Assembly (NCBI GenBank): GCA_015680685.1
Contig: MNCI01002616.1
Location: 130,378 to 194,377 of the forward strand
DNA from: Gnetum montanum
Taxonomy: Eukaryota; Plantae; Gnetophyta
DNA length: 64,000 bases
Direction of reading: 5' to 3'
The notes below the pieces were generated by a model. That model saw only the letters and a list, made by a program, of their open reading frames with translations. It ran no database searches and was not told the origin of the DNA. The position numbers were made by a program, and so were the translations under genes. This document shows, piece after piece, positions 24,528-35,495 of this stretch; position 1 is the stretch's first letter; each line of letters opens with the position of its first letter.

Positions 24528-27500
24528 ATGGCACCGAAGATCAAGAGGAAGAACGCAAAACTGGCCAAAATCGATGAAATGCATGCAACCCTGGATCGTG
24601 TTTCGCAGGCTCTGGTCGATGTTCATGACCCTATGCCTTTGAACCGGTAGGTCATTCTTACATGCTTATGCTTGTTTCTATGGCTACTTTTCGTGGTATA
24701 TTTTTGTTTACGTGAATGTGGATTTCAAATTGTGGACCTCGGGTTAATGCGAGGGTTGATGGGGTTGCGTCTACCGCCATTGTCAGGGATGAACCTTGCG
24801 TTATTGCAAGGGTTTGGGCGATTTTGGCCTGGATAGCTAAGTGTAGTTTATGAGTTTTCTATGTTAGTCATGCAAATGTAAATGTAGGTGTTAATGTATG
24901 CATTGGGTTTTTTGTACAGCGTTGTGCTAAAGCCTATTTTGATTGTGTTGGATATTGTCAGGGTTTTTTGTTGTGTAAACCCCATCGTCCCCAATGTCCC
25001 TCCCCCGCACACGCGGTTGCAAGGAAAGGCCATATGTTTTTGACAGGGTGCGCTGGAGTTTCTGCAATTCTTGCTGCGCAACTTCAGCGTCATTGTGTGG
25101 TTTGACCTATCTGGCGACGTCACCGGTGCTCTTTTAGAGCACCTGCTGGTGGGTTCTGCGTAAGGGATTCTGGCCTTTTTGATGGATCGGGCCATCGATA
25201 CGGGCCGTCCCGAGGACTGAGAGCTTAGCGGCCGGGGCTTGCAGAGCTTAAACTGGATCTAGGAAATGGCTCGGTTCAGTTGTTATCACGCATATAACAT
25301 GTTGTTCATGGCTCGCCATGTCTCGACCTATTTCCAGAACCCACAAGGCACGATGTACTACGCAGGCGGGTAAGCAAATTTTATTGACTATCTATTTTTC
25401 TATTTTGTTTTGTTGTATGTCTGTTATCGGTGTGAAATATAAGAGAAGCTTATGTGCAAAATGTAAAATAAGCCTATGTTGTATGGTACAGGTTCTTTAT
25501 TCAGGACAACAGGTTAGTTGGAGATGGGTATGTGTTATCATGGGCCGAAACAGCAATAATGGCGTTTACTACAACTAGCAACGTGTGCGCTGGTGTTATA
25601 GAGCAGATTGGCTTTGACATGCATAAATACCCCACCCGTTATGCTAGGGCTTTTGAGAATTGCCAGAGGCTCGGGTGGCTGCACGATGACTGGACTCTAG
25701 ATCTGCCCCTTACCGTTGAGGACGTGCAGAGGGAACTCCCGCCATTTCCCCTACCATTTGGCCCCAGTAAAGTTGTTGTATAGTTGGTTATTGCGTAATG
25801 TAGTTGTAAATTGTAAGCATTGCGTAACAGTGTTTTCATTTGACTTGTGTTTTACGTTGTTCAGTTAGGGAATCCCGGGAGATTACCCTTACGATTTCCG
25901 GCCGCGAGGTGAACGCCGTCCTCTTTCGCTACGGCGACATCAAGGACACACAGTGCTGGCTCGGCCACTCGACAACCCCAGTCGCGATGAGCTCCAAGAT
26001 CCGAGCAGCAAGGCTAATGCACCTATTTTTGGCTGTGACTCCTGATGTCCTCGCCAGTGAAATGCTAACCCTGGTCAACTCCTTCAACAAAAAGGTCGAG
26101 CGTTTCTGGATGCACGTACATAACGTGTGCGTAAGCTTTAACATCGATGCTTAGATCTTCGTGGACCTCTTTGGTGTCCCCTCAGACGGCCCTCCCGTAA
26201 GTGAGAAGGCGAAGAGGAGTGTTGCCTTCCAGAATTGGCTGAAGGAGTGGGTAAGGGTCCCGAAGAAGACTAAAGGGTTTCCCTGCGAAAGATTCGAGAT
26301 GGGTGTTGCCAAGACACTTTATCCCCTTTTCCGGGCCCGGAATTTCCCCAAAACTCTCTCGCAGGGGAAGTTCTTTTCTGTAGAACAGACCCGTATTATG
26401 CGAGAGGTTCTGGAGGAGGGGACCCAGTTCAATTAGACAAGCTATTTTGCCAAGGGACTGCGTAATGAGATGATCAAGCTTCGCCAAAAGCTTGAGTCCC
26501 ATTTCAACGTGCATTACTCCTTCTTCATAGCTTACCTTCGACGGTTTGCTGAGTTTCTGGTCATCCAAAGACATGGGGTCTGGGTGCAGCAAGACCGAGA
26601 CCAACTATCCAGACCTTGGATTGCCCACATCCTCAGCACTACCTGTGGGCAGGATCCACCAGAAGGGATCGGGGAGTCGCTGTCTATAATGACCAAGGGT
26701 TTGCCGGCGCCCCAAGTGTGAGGCCTCAACAGTGTAGGCGAGATAATGCCTACTTACACCAGTGACGCCTCGCGAGGGAAATGCCTGGCGAAAGAAATTG
26801 TAGAACCTGCAGCTCGGCGTAAGAGACTCCGTATAGCCGAGGCCCCTGAGGGTGATGCAGGCCAAACTATGGTGGCCAAAGTTCAGCGGAGTAAGCCTCC
26901 GCCTGGTAAGCGTGTAGAAATTGTATTACACAACGGTTGTTTGGATGTTTTGTAATGATATACTAAGGTGCTATGACATGATAAGTAAAAATTACGAAAG
27001 AACTAACCCCTGAGACGGGAGTAGTAACACTAAGTCGTAGGGAGAGGGCCTCAATTTTAGAAGAAGAGGCCCAGCTGTTAGCGTGAGCCGTGTATAGGCT
27101 CTGGTGCATGAGGAGGCCCCAGCTACTGGAACCAGCAATGCACAAACTCTAGTGCGTGAAAGAGAAAGGGCGGCTGAAGATGTCGGTGAAGTTGCCACTG
27201 TCACCGGTAGAGGTAATGGTGTGTTAGCGTGTTTGCAAGATTTTTGTAAATAGATGAGGTTTCTAACTGGATTACGCTACAGGAGAAGAGGAGGTGTCCA
27301 CGTCTGTCGCTGTGAGCAGAGCGTGGAGAGACTTTCCAGAAAAATTTGCCTTCATGGAAGGGGTTGTCAATGACATGATTGAGCGCCTGGAGCACGTCGA
27401 ACCTGGAGCTGGTACGTTATGGTCATAGTCAGTTTGTGATATTACACAGTGGTAATATGTCATCAACGTTTGATGGTTGTTTCTATTAGGAGCTTGCCTC

Positions 27501-28663
27501 TGATGGGATCCCACGGAGCCCATTGATCTGGACATAGTGGAGCCACCATCCAATGAAGCAGCCGTGCCACGTCACATTTATGAGGAACTGTGTAAATGTG
27601 CATTATGCTCGACACGCTCCTTATGGGAAGGGCGTAAATGAAAATCTATGGAAGAGGTTGCAGAAGTCAGAACAGAGGGTTGAGTCTCTGACCAAAGAGG
27701 ACGGAGACCTAAAATCACGATGTGACTTCCTACAAGCGAGGGTGACAGGGGACGAAGACTGGAATACCGCTATTGTCGACCACTCCCAGTACTGGACAGC
27801 CATCAAAAACAGCGTGCAGACCAGTCAGGCATTAGTCGAACAACAGATGCAGATAGAACTCCTAGCCTAGAAAAGGTGGGACTGGAGGGATTATTGTGTA
27901 AGCATGCAAGAGTGGGGGCAGAAGGATAAGGACCACAAGCACTTGTACAAGCGGGAGAGTATTGCTTATTGGAAACTCTACCGCGATCTTGCCGTCAGGG
28001 CCCAGTCCTTGGAAGTCTTCCTGGATGTCATCGGAGCTTTCGAAGCTTTCAAGAAGTTTGAGGAGCAGGTGATTGTAAGTGCGTCTCCCGAAAGGGCGAT
28101 GAATCTCCCTGGGGGTCAGGCTACAATCCCTACTTTCTTCCCAGACCCACCCCGCGAGAGCAGCGTGGAGAAAGGGAAAGTGAAGGCCGGATCTGCCTTG
28201 GGAGGGGATGTATGGCCAGATCTAATGGAGGAAGAGATTATGGAACGCCTGTGGGCTAGCCTGGACAAGCTCCCCTTTGCTGCGGAAGCAGGGTCGTCAC
28301 AAGTAAGTTTACGCGTGACTTAGTTTGCGTTTCTGATTATGATGTTAAGTCTTGTGTAGCTAATGTGCTTACTGTGTTTAGGTACTAGCCGAGGATAGGG
28401 AAGATGAACAAGCTGAGGAGTTAGCAGAGGGAGCGATGGAAGCAGAGGAAGAAGCAGAGGAAGAGGCAGAAGAAGGGACAGAAGAATGCAACGATGAAGA
28501 GCATCCTTCCATGGAGCCGACGCCAGAACGAGGACCTCACAAAGAGGACATTCTTCATGAAAGAATCATTCCTAGAAACGACGGCCCATTTGAGGACGAT
28601 CCATTAGCGTTGGATCTGGACTTAAGAGATACCGGTGATAGTGGTAGTAGAGGAAATGCGTAA
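24528..28663 (+). pseudogene. Antisense ~8-exon cargo gene of A: FCP1/NIF HAD-like domain, plant-transposon-protein-like domain, coiled coil and acidic tail
   Basis: Exons at 24528-24646, 24920-25369, 25492-~25767, 25865-26905, ~26969-27206, 27283-27411, 27490-28302 and 28382-28663. GT-AG introns with compatible phases where checked. Most in-frame stops are explained by C->T/G->A decay, plus about 2 frameshifts. Confidence 0.8.
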
Positions 28664-28861
28664 TTATAATTTACGCATAGTTTTATTGATGTTGAGTTGA
28701 GTGCAATATCATTTTACGAATGATTGAAAAGACGTGTTATAAAACCTGGTGGATGCGTTAAATGTCAGTTACACATTTTTTATTCTTTTTGCGTTTTTCC
28801 TGTAGAGTGTGAGTGTAATCGTTGAAAATTTCACCTAAGTGAAAATGATAGAGTGTAATTG

Positions 28862-29106
28862 TTAGTTTAAGGCCATCGCGGGCTGTCACATGATTCTGCG
28901 TAACCTAGCGACTAGTTTAAGGCCATCGCGGGCCATTGTGTAATATGCATAAATGATAGTGGTGTAAAATTCTATGTCACTAGTTTAAGGTCATTGCGGG
29001 CCATCATATGGTTCTGCGTAAACTAGCGACTAGTTTAGGGTCGTTGCGGGTAATCAAGCGTATAGTATACAGTTCTGGCAACTACTTTAAGGCCGTTGCG
29101 GGCCAT
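28862..29106 (-). repeat. Post-protease array of A (GCCCGCGATGGCCTTAAACTAG units)
   Basis: About 5 spaced copies of TAGTTTAAGGCCATCGCGGGC on the plus strand. Confidence 0.85.
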
Positions 29107-29333
29107 AGCGTAATATAGCAAGCGTAAATGATACCGGTACAGAATTTTGCGTAATTATACTAAAGTGATCAGGAAACGTGCATATCATGCGTACAAAAAA
29201 GATAACAGTGTAAAGATAAATGACAAGCGTAAGAACTGAAAACGAAAGTAACGTGACAATGCATGAAATAAAACTACTAAGTCAGCACCATGATAACTCA
29301 CAAAGACAGGATAATGCACGTAAGGACCATCGT

Positions 29334-32300
29334 TCAACCATTGATACGTAATTGTTTCTTGAAGGCCTTCACGTTGAGCGTTGCGTAAGGGTGAGGAGAC
29401 TTATTATTTGACTCCTCCACGCTGCCATCTAGAAATGGTAGGGCGGCCCAAGCTAGACCGTCATTATTACTATCAACTTGTTGAGGGGTTTCAAGACGGA
29501 TCTGGTCATCAGTCGTTTCTATCTCTGAACCCCGTTCTTCTTCAATGTTATTGACGGTCCTGGGGGTGATTTCGTCACCGCGTATCACGACCTCCCCTCT
29601 GGCATAGGGAAGATGTATCTCTTGGTGTATCGGTAACGAAACTGCCCTCAGCTGAGCTAACCACGACCTCCCCAAGATCAAGTTGAACCCTGGCATCTCC
29701 TCGATGACTAAGAAAGTGGCCTCTGTTGGGAATTGATCTCCCGCCACAAACTCAATACACACCATCCCTTTAACTTGAACCCATGCCCCATTGAATGATT
29801 TTATGCAGGCCTTCATCGTGGGTGTGATCTGGTCGACCAGACCCAACCTATCCACGATGGAATAGGGAATGAAGTTGGTAGTCGCGCCATCGTCTACGTG
29901 CACTCTTTGGATCCGATATTGACCGACTCGGATAGTGATAAACATAGGTTCAGTGGTCACCTGACCTTTCTCAGGATCATCTTTGATAGACTCGTCGTGG
30001 AAGGTCAGCGAGGAAGGCGTAGGTTGCTCAGCTTCGGAAGGAAACATGACAGCATGTATCGCTTCCTCCTTTGCTGGCAAGCTTTCATCCACTAATATGG
30101 ATGTCAGCATGCGAACCATAGCCTCACGGTGTTCTCGAGACGTCATAAGTAGGTCGTAAAGGCTCAACGTTGTGTTTTTTTGTTTGAGAGCCTATTTAAC
30201 TTGCGTAAATGCGTCGAGGAGGTCCTTCTCTTGGCTAGGTTGCTTTTCTCCCCTGTCCTCTTCCATTCAGCCCAAGAGATGGATCTCCCGAGGTGGAACG
30301 GTGTTAGTTAGAGGGTTGCTCTTTTTCTTGCCAAGAGAAGGCGGTTGCGTTTCCGCACCTTTATCCTGCCCCTGAGACACAGGTGAAGGCACAAAAGCCA
30401 GGGGCCTAGGCTTAGGGAAGTCGAGCGTAGAGTGGTCTTTCGTTGCGTTAACTAATGTGTCCTCTCCCTTTTTTTTGGGAGGTGAGGGTTGATGCTTTTG
30501 GTTGGAGGTCTACCCCTACGTGAGAAGAGTAGCCTGTGGTTTTGGCGCCCTAATAATGAAGGGTGCCTTGGGTGTGGGTGCGGACGAGGCCGCGGCTTGG
30601 CTGTTGCTGCATGGCTGAAAGTGCATTTGAGAAGGTGCCCATATAATGAAGGGCAGCCTCGAGACCACCTGGCTGCTGATGAAATGGTTGGCCCCCTTTG
30701 TGAGTTGGCAGGGACACACAAAACAAAGTGTTGTTTTGGTGGTTTCCTCCTCTCACTGTCCGTACTTACCACAGTGATTGTATAAGGATCATCGTTTACG
30801 TTCAGCGGGTCCTTATACATGTGCAATGTTTGGTTTTCTAGACGTGTCGGGTTGTTGCTGTCTAACTTGAGTGAACCATCGTCCAGCATACGTTGAATGT
30901 CATCTTTCAACGCCCAACAGTAATCCATATCATGACCACACAGCTGGTGGTAGTCATAGAAATGGTCGAGCCTGAAAGATCTTGGAACTGGTGGTTCGTT
31001 AGGTAAGGCTAGAGAAGGGTTCTTCAACAGTTCACAATGAAGTCTGTGATGCTTCAAAGCCTCCTTGGACACCTTCTTAGGTTGAATGTGCTCTTCTCCT
31101 AACAGCTGTTTCAGTAGTTCAGAATGCTTTATAGGTAATGCCGTGTACTTTGAGCGATCCTTACGCTCAAAGTTTGGCTTAGGCTAGGGGGCCCTTCAGG
31201 GGTAGTTGTATTTTGGCTGGTGCCAGCACCAGCCATGGTTTCAAGAGGCACCGTGGCTACCTTTTTGTTCTTCTTCTTTGCACTCTCAGTCATTGCAGCT
31301 ACTGTCGTTGTCGCTGCTTTACCTTTGTCTTTGTTTTTGTTATGTGCATTCCTATAGGCGACATACGCCGGGTCTTTGCTGGCCTCCGCAGCATCTTGGA
31401 TGCTTCTCACTTAAGCGAAGGCCTGATGTAAAGAATTGGGAGAAAGGTAATACAGCTTTGACTTAATGAAGTCATTGACTGCTCCCTTGAATATAGCCAA
31501 CATATGTGAGTCCACGATCGGTTCACGGATCTCATTCAAGGTAGCATTCCAACGCTGTATGAACTTTTGGACGAGCTCAAGTGGGTCTTGTTTCACCCCC
31601 ATCAGCTGATCCAATGTGACTTCTGGTTTCAAGTTGTATTTGAAGCGGGTCACAAATTGGGTCAGCAACTCTTCCAGGGTTGAGATGGAAGAGCATGGGA
31701 GGGATCGGTACCAATCCAAAGCTTTCCCTGTTAAAGACATCACAAAGACTCGGATGATAGTGTGTGGCCACTGTTGCAACAACAAGGACTCAGATCTAAA
31801 CATGACCAAGTGCACATTGGGATCTCCCTCCCCATTATACTTGGTGAAATGAGGCAGAGACATCCCTGGCGGCAACGACAGCATAGAAACCGCTGGATTG
31901 ATCGAATCATCCTGATAAAAGTCCATGATTTGAACGGTGTCAGAATCAGCGGCTTTGAGACATCAAACCTCTTTGATAAGAGTCTGTATCAGCTGGAAGG
32001 CTTGGTCCAGGCCTGTTGGCGGGGGTGTTTGTGTGGAAGGCATAAGAGGTTGGACCAGGAGGGCGGCGCCAGGAAATGGGAACGAAGGAAGAGGTTGACT
32101 GGCTGCTTGTGGGGCGGGGATCCCAACAGGCCGGGGAGCCTGTGAAGACCACCACCCGCTGGCTTGCACAGAGGGGTTAGCCGCTGCTTGTTGTGCGAGA
32201 TAAGGATGAGGATACTGCGATACCCCCTATGGAACATACGTTGCGGGTGCAACTGGGGGTTGCACACCGTACACCACAGACTGGGTCTGTTGCGCCACCG

Positions 32301-33120
32301 GGTTAGCCCACTGACCTGCGGCAGGCTGTTGGGCGTAAGTCTGTGGCTGAACGGTTGCGGTAATCTGTTGGGTCGGAGGGGGCAGAAGTGACAAGGTTTG
32401 CGCCGGGCGCGTTGCGGGTATGTTGTGGGATTGTATCTAAGGAATGAAGTGGGGCGCAATGGTCGCCGGGACCACCACTGGGATGCTAAGTACTCGCGGT
32501 GACAAGACCACCCCCACGTTATTGTGGGGCATTTGTACTTGCAGCCCAGACGGTTGCGCAGTGGCCTGTGGCATGGCAGGGAAATGCATTTGCGCGGTCA
32601 TGGCTGGGTCAAGAGGTGCGGCTTCTCCATTGAAAGGAAACAGGGGATTTATATACGTTTGGGGGCTCAGAGTATGGAACGAATGTTCCGACTGGGCTAC
32701 CAATTCATCCTCTTCTTCTTCCCCATGCTGGGGCTCAACCACAGCTTGTGAAGCCTGGCCTTTGGCCATGACCAACTGTGTGATGAGTTGATGTTGGCGT
32801 TCAGTCAAGGGGATGATGTCGTAAGCTATTGGCTTGAAATCATGGCCCCATCGGTGGACCACCTCAAAGTTTTGCTTCGCTTAGAGTTCGGCTCGGCTGA
32901 GAGCCAGGTTCGCCTGGATCTTAACACATATAAAGTTATATTCTTTAGGGGTTATGACCGTGAAGATGGGCTCTTTTCCCTGAAGTCACAATGATTGGTG
33001 CAATGGTCCCTGAGATCCTGTTGCGCCTGGAACTAGTCGGGTGACCGCGACAGGGTTCACAGATGTGGCACCCAAATCGGTAGGGACCATGGCAGTTGTG
33101 GTTGTATAAAAGGAATCCAT
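29334..33120 (-). pseudogene. gag: gag-protease of element A
   Basis: ATG at 33120 is in frame with 32862. Pro/Gln-rich N-terminal region, gag core 31411-31926 (KYNGEGDP..H, GKALDWY), DYHQLCGHDMDYC box, protease RVHVDDGATTN and FNLILGRSWL. Ends in a stop ~5.2 kb before RT. Confidence 0.95.
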
Positions 33121-33341
33121 TGGGTAATGAGATTAATGGTAAGTGGTAATCGGATCTAAGAAATGGTCAGCAACAAAAGCACAAATAGGCTTTCTACCCT
33201 GTAGGATTTCAAAGAAATCGTCCTTGCGACCGATCTATACCACGCGATTGGCTGTAAACTTCCCTAGAGGTATTACGTCTATGGTTTAGGGTATGGATCA
33301 CTACCAGGGCTACCTGAAATATTTGGATCGAAGCCTGAAGG

Positions 33342-33359
33342 CCCTTCCTTCTAGCGCCA
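33342..33359 (-). promoter_or_regulatory. PBS of element A, complementary to the 3' end of tRNA-Asn(GUU)
   Basis: Minus strand TGGCGCTAGAAGGAAGGG. The plant cytosolic tRNA-Asn 3' end is recalled as ...CCCTCCTTCTAGCG-CCA. Confidence 0.8.
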
Positions 33360-33365
33360 GAAAAC

Positions 33366-34798
33366 TATAACGATGGAAAACGTCGGCCGCTGGAAAATAC
33401 CAAACAAATTCCGTGTACACAGTTCTAACCACGGATCCGTGTGAGGGCTATGCTGGAAAAATGAATCCGCGGTGTCCTGAACGGTCTTGTCGATCAGACA
33501 GGGACTTACTAATCAGTAAATCGCTGAATGTCTCGTGGAATGATCTGATTCAAGAAATTGCAAAACGAGGAAAAATGACGTAGATGAATTGCAATGACGA
33601 TAATGCTAAACGCGATCAGAGAAGGCTAGCACAAGAGAAACACGTAGTTTCAAGATCTACGCTTTGACTTGCAAAAATGTATATTTTGTATGCCACATTA
33701 CACTAGGGAGACCCCGATTGCTTGATGTAAGGTAAACACAAAACAACAAGGAAACTATCCAAACAGAAGTCTGATCTACCTCGAGGGCTAGAGCCGGGAT
33801 GCAAGGAAGGTCAAGCTATGAAGCCTACTGATCAACTGTTTCTGACCAATAAAGTCTTCCCCAGCAAAACCATTACTCCTTCCGCGGGTACTCAAAGTGA
33901 ACTATGCTCTATTTCAACAATTGCCAAAGCACTGATCTCTATGTCTCTACTCCAAAAGTGATAAGTGCTCTAGTGCTCAGAAAAATGCCTTTGCTTTTTT
34001 GATTTTCCAACCCCTGTATCTTCGTCAACTGGGGTATTTATAGGCTGTAACGTCTTGTGGAAGAGGCGCAACCCTGATGATGCGTCCTGAATGTTTCGGG
34101 TACTGTTGGTCTGACTGTTTTTGTGTAAGGCTTCATGATTACGCACAATACGTGAATGAGCGTATTGTGCGTATGAAGAAGAGGTGCACGTCGGGCACAT
34201 TTCAACTGCCTTTGGGTCATATTATGCTCATCATGCTGCGTTGTGTGCACGAGCGTAACATAATTGTGGAAGTAATAGATTCAGGCTATTTTACGCTTGC
34301 ATACGTAGCCGCGCGTAATGAAGCGTAAACGATGTCTAGCTTGGCGACGCAATACGCTATGATACGCTACGTTGCGTGATGAGCGTATGATGAGTAGTCG
34401 CACTTTCTTAGACTTTTCCTTTGACTGTTTTGGAGCCCATTACGCTGCCGTGTGTAACAGAGAGTAAACATGACCTTGAACCAAAGCCTTAGCAAAATAT
34501 ACAAGAAGTTGTATATTACACTGCTCAAGCTTCTCCCTATGCCAAAGTAACTAGCCTTCTGATGCCGGACTAGGTTTAAACAGAATCACGCTAAGCGTAA
34601 TTACGCTGGGTCACGTGATATTGCGTAAACTGAGAAAACATAGTAAGATTAGAAATCTGCACAGGAAGTTGAAGACTTGATGCTACACGCCTCTTGGTGT
34701 TGCTCTGGCTTATTCTTCCTTTTGGAATTCTGACATGCGCCCTTGCCTGAATTGCGAATCTTTGCCTGAGGCCAACTCGCAATTTTCACGGTGTTTCA
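33366..34798 (-). repeat. 5' LTR of element A
   Basis: Colinear with 17583-19036, with a ~20-bp deletion near 33914 and the terminal CA decayed to TA. Confidence 0.97.
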
Positions 34799-35495
34799 AT
34801 GAGTGGCCTCATTTTTTAGCCACATGGCCATCCAATACCTTACATAGTCAGTGATAGCCATGAGCCAACTGCCATTGTTGGTATCTCAGGCCAATAGGAA
34901 TTCATTCCGGGATTGGAGATCTCCCACATCAGTAGTCAAGTTGGCCTTCTCCTTCTCAAGCCTCTGTACCTATTTCTATAGGTCTTCATTCATGGGCATG
35001 CATTCCCACAAGGAGTGTGCCGAGTACAGTGCACATTAGCTTGCTTCATCGTATATATGCGACGAGGTACTTTGGTCACCTCTGGTGGAAATTCAGGCAT
35101 GGCATCGACCTCAACTACTTGTTTAGGGTCCCACTTGAGAAGAGAGGCTTCTAACCACATATACAAAGGCATTATTCATAGTGGCATAGTGAAGCAACAA
35201 CATTTTAAAGAGTCTAGTGTAGCAATTTTGACTTACCCACTTTTGGGGTCGATCTGCCTTAGACGGTCAATCATGTCATCGACCACCCCTTCCATGAAAG
35301 TAAATTTATTAGGGGTTTCGGTCCACAGTTGTAGGTGGATAGAGGAAGGGTTGGAGGTATCAATAGTGGTGTTAGTTGTATAACGAAACGTGTTGGCCAT
35401 AATGGAGGAAAATCATGATAAAGCTGATGAACAACATAAATGGCAGTGTAAAGCTCCTACCCAGCAAACTCTCAGGGGTGATAGCACGGGGGGTG

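Larger units (their letters stand above)
17583..34798 (-). mobile_element. Element A: full-length 17.2-kb Tat/Ogre-like LTR retrotransposon, least decayed copy
   Basis: Paired LTRs, 5-bp TSD ATGAG (17578-17582 and 34799-34803), PBS, PPT, gag, PR, RT (YVDD), RH, aRH and INT. Confidence 0.97.

Noticed and set aside
24920-25369. FCP1-like exons as a host gene interrupted by transposons
   Set aside because: The same gene sits at the same internal position in several LTR-bounded elements, one of them with a perfect TSD, so it travels with the element.
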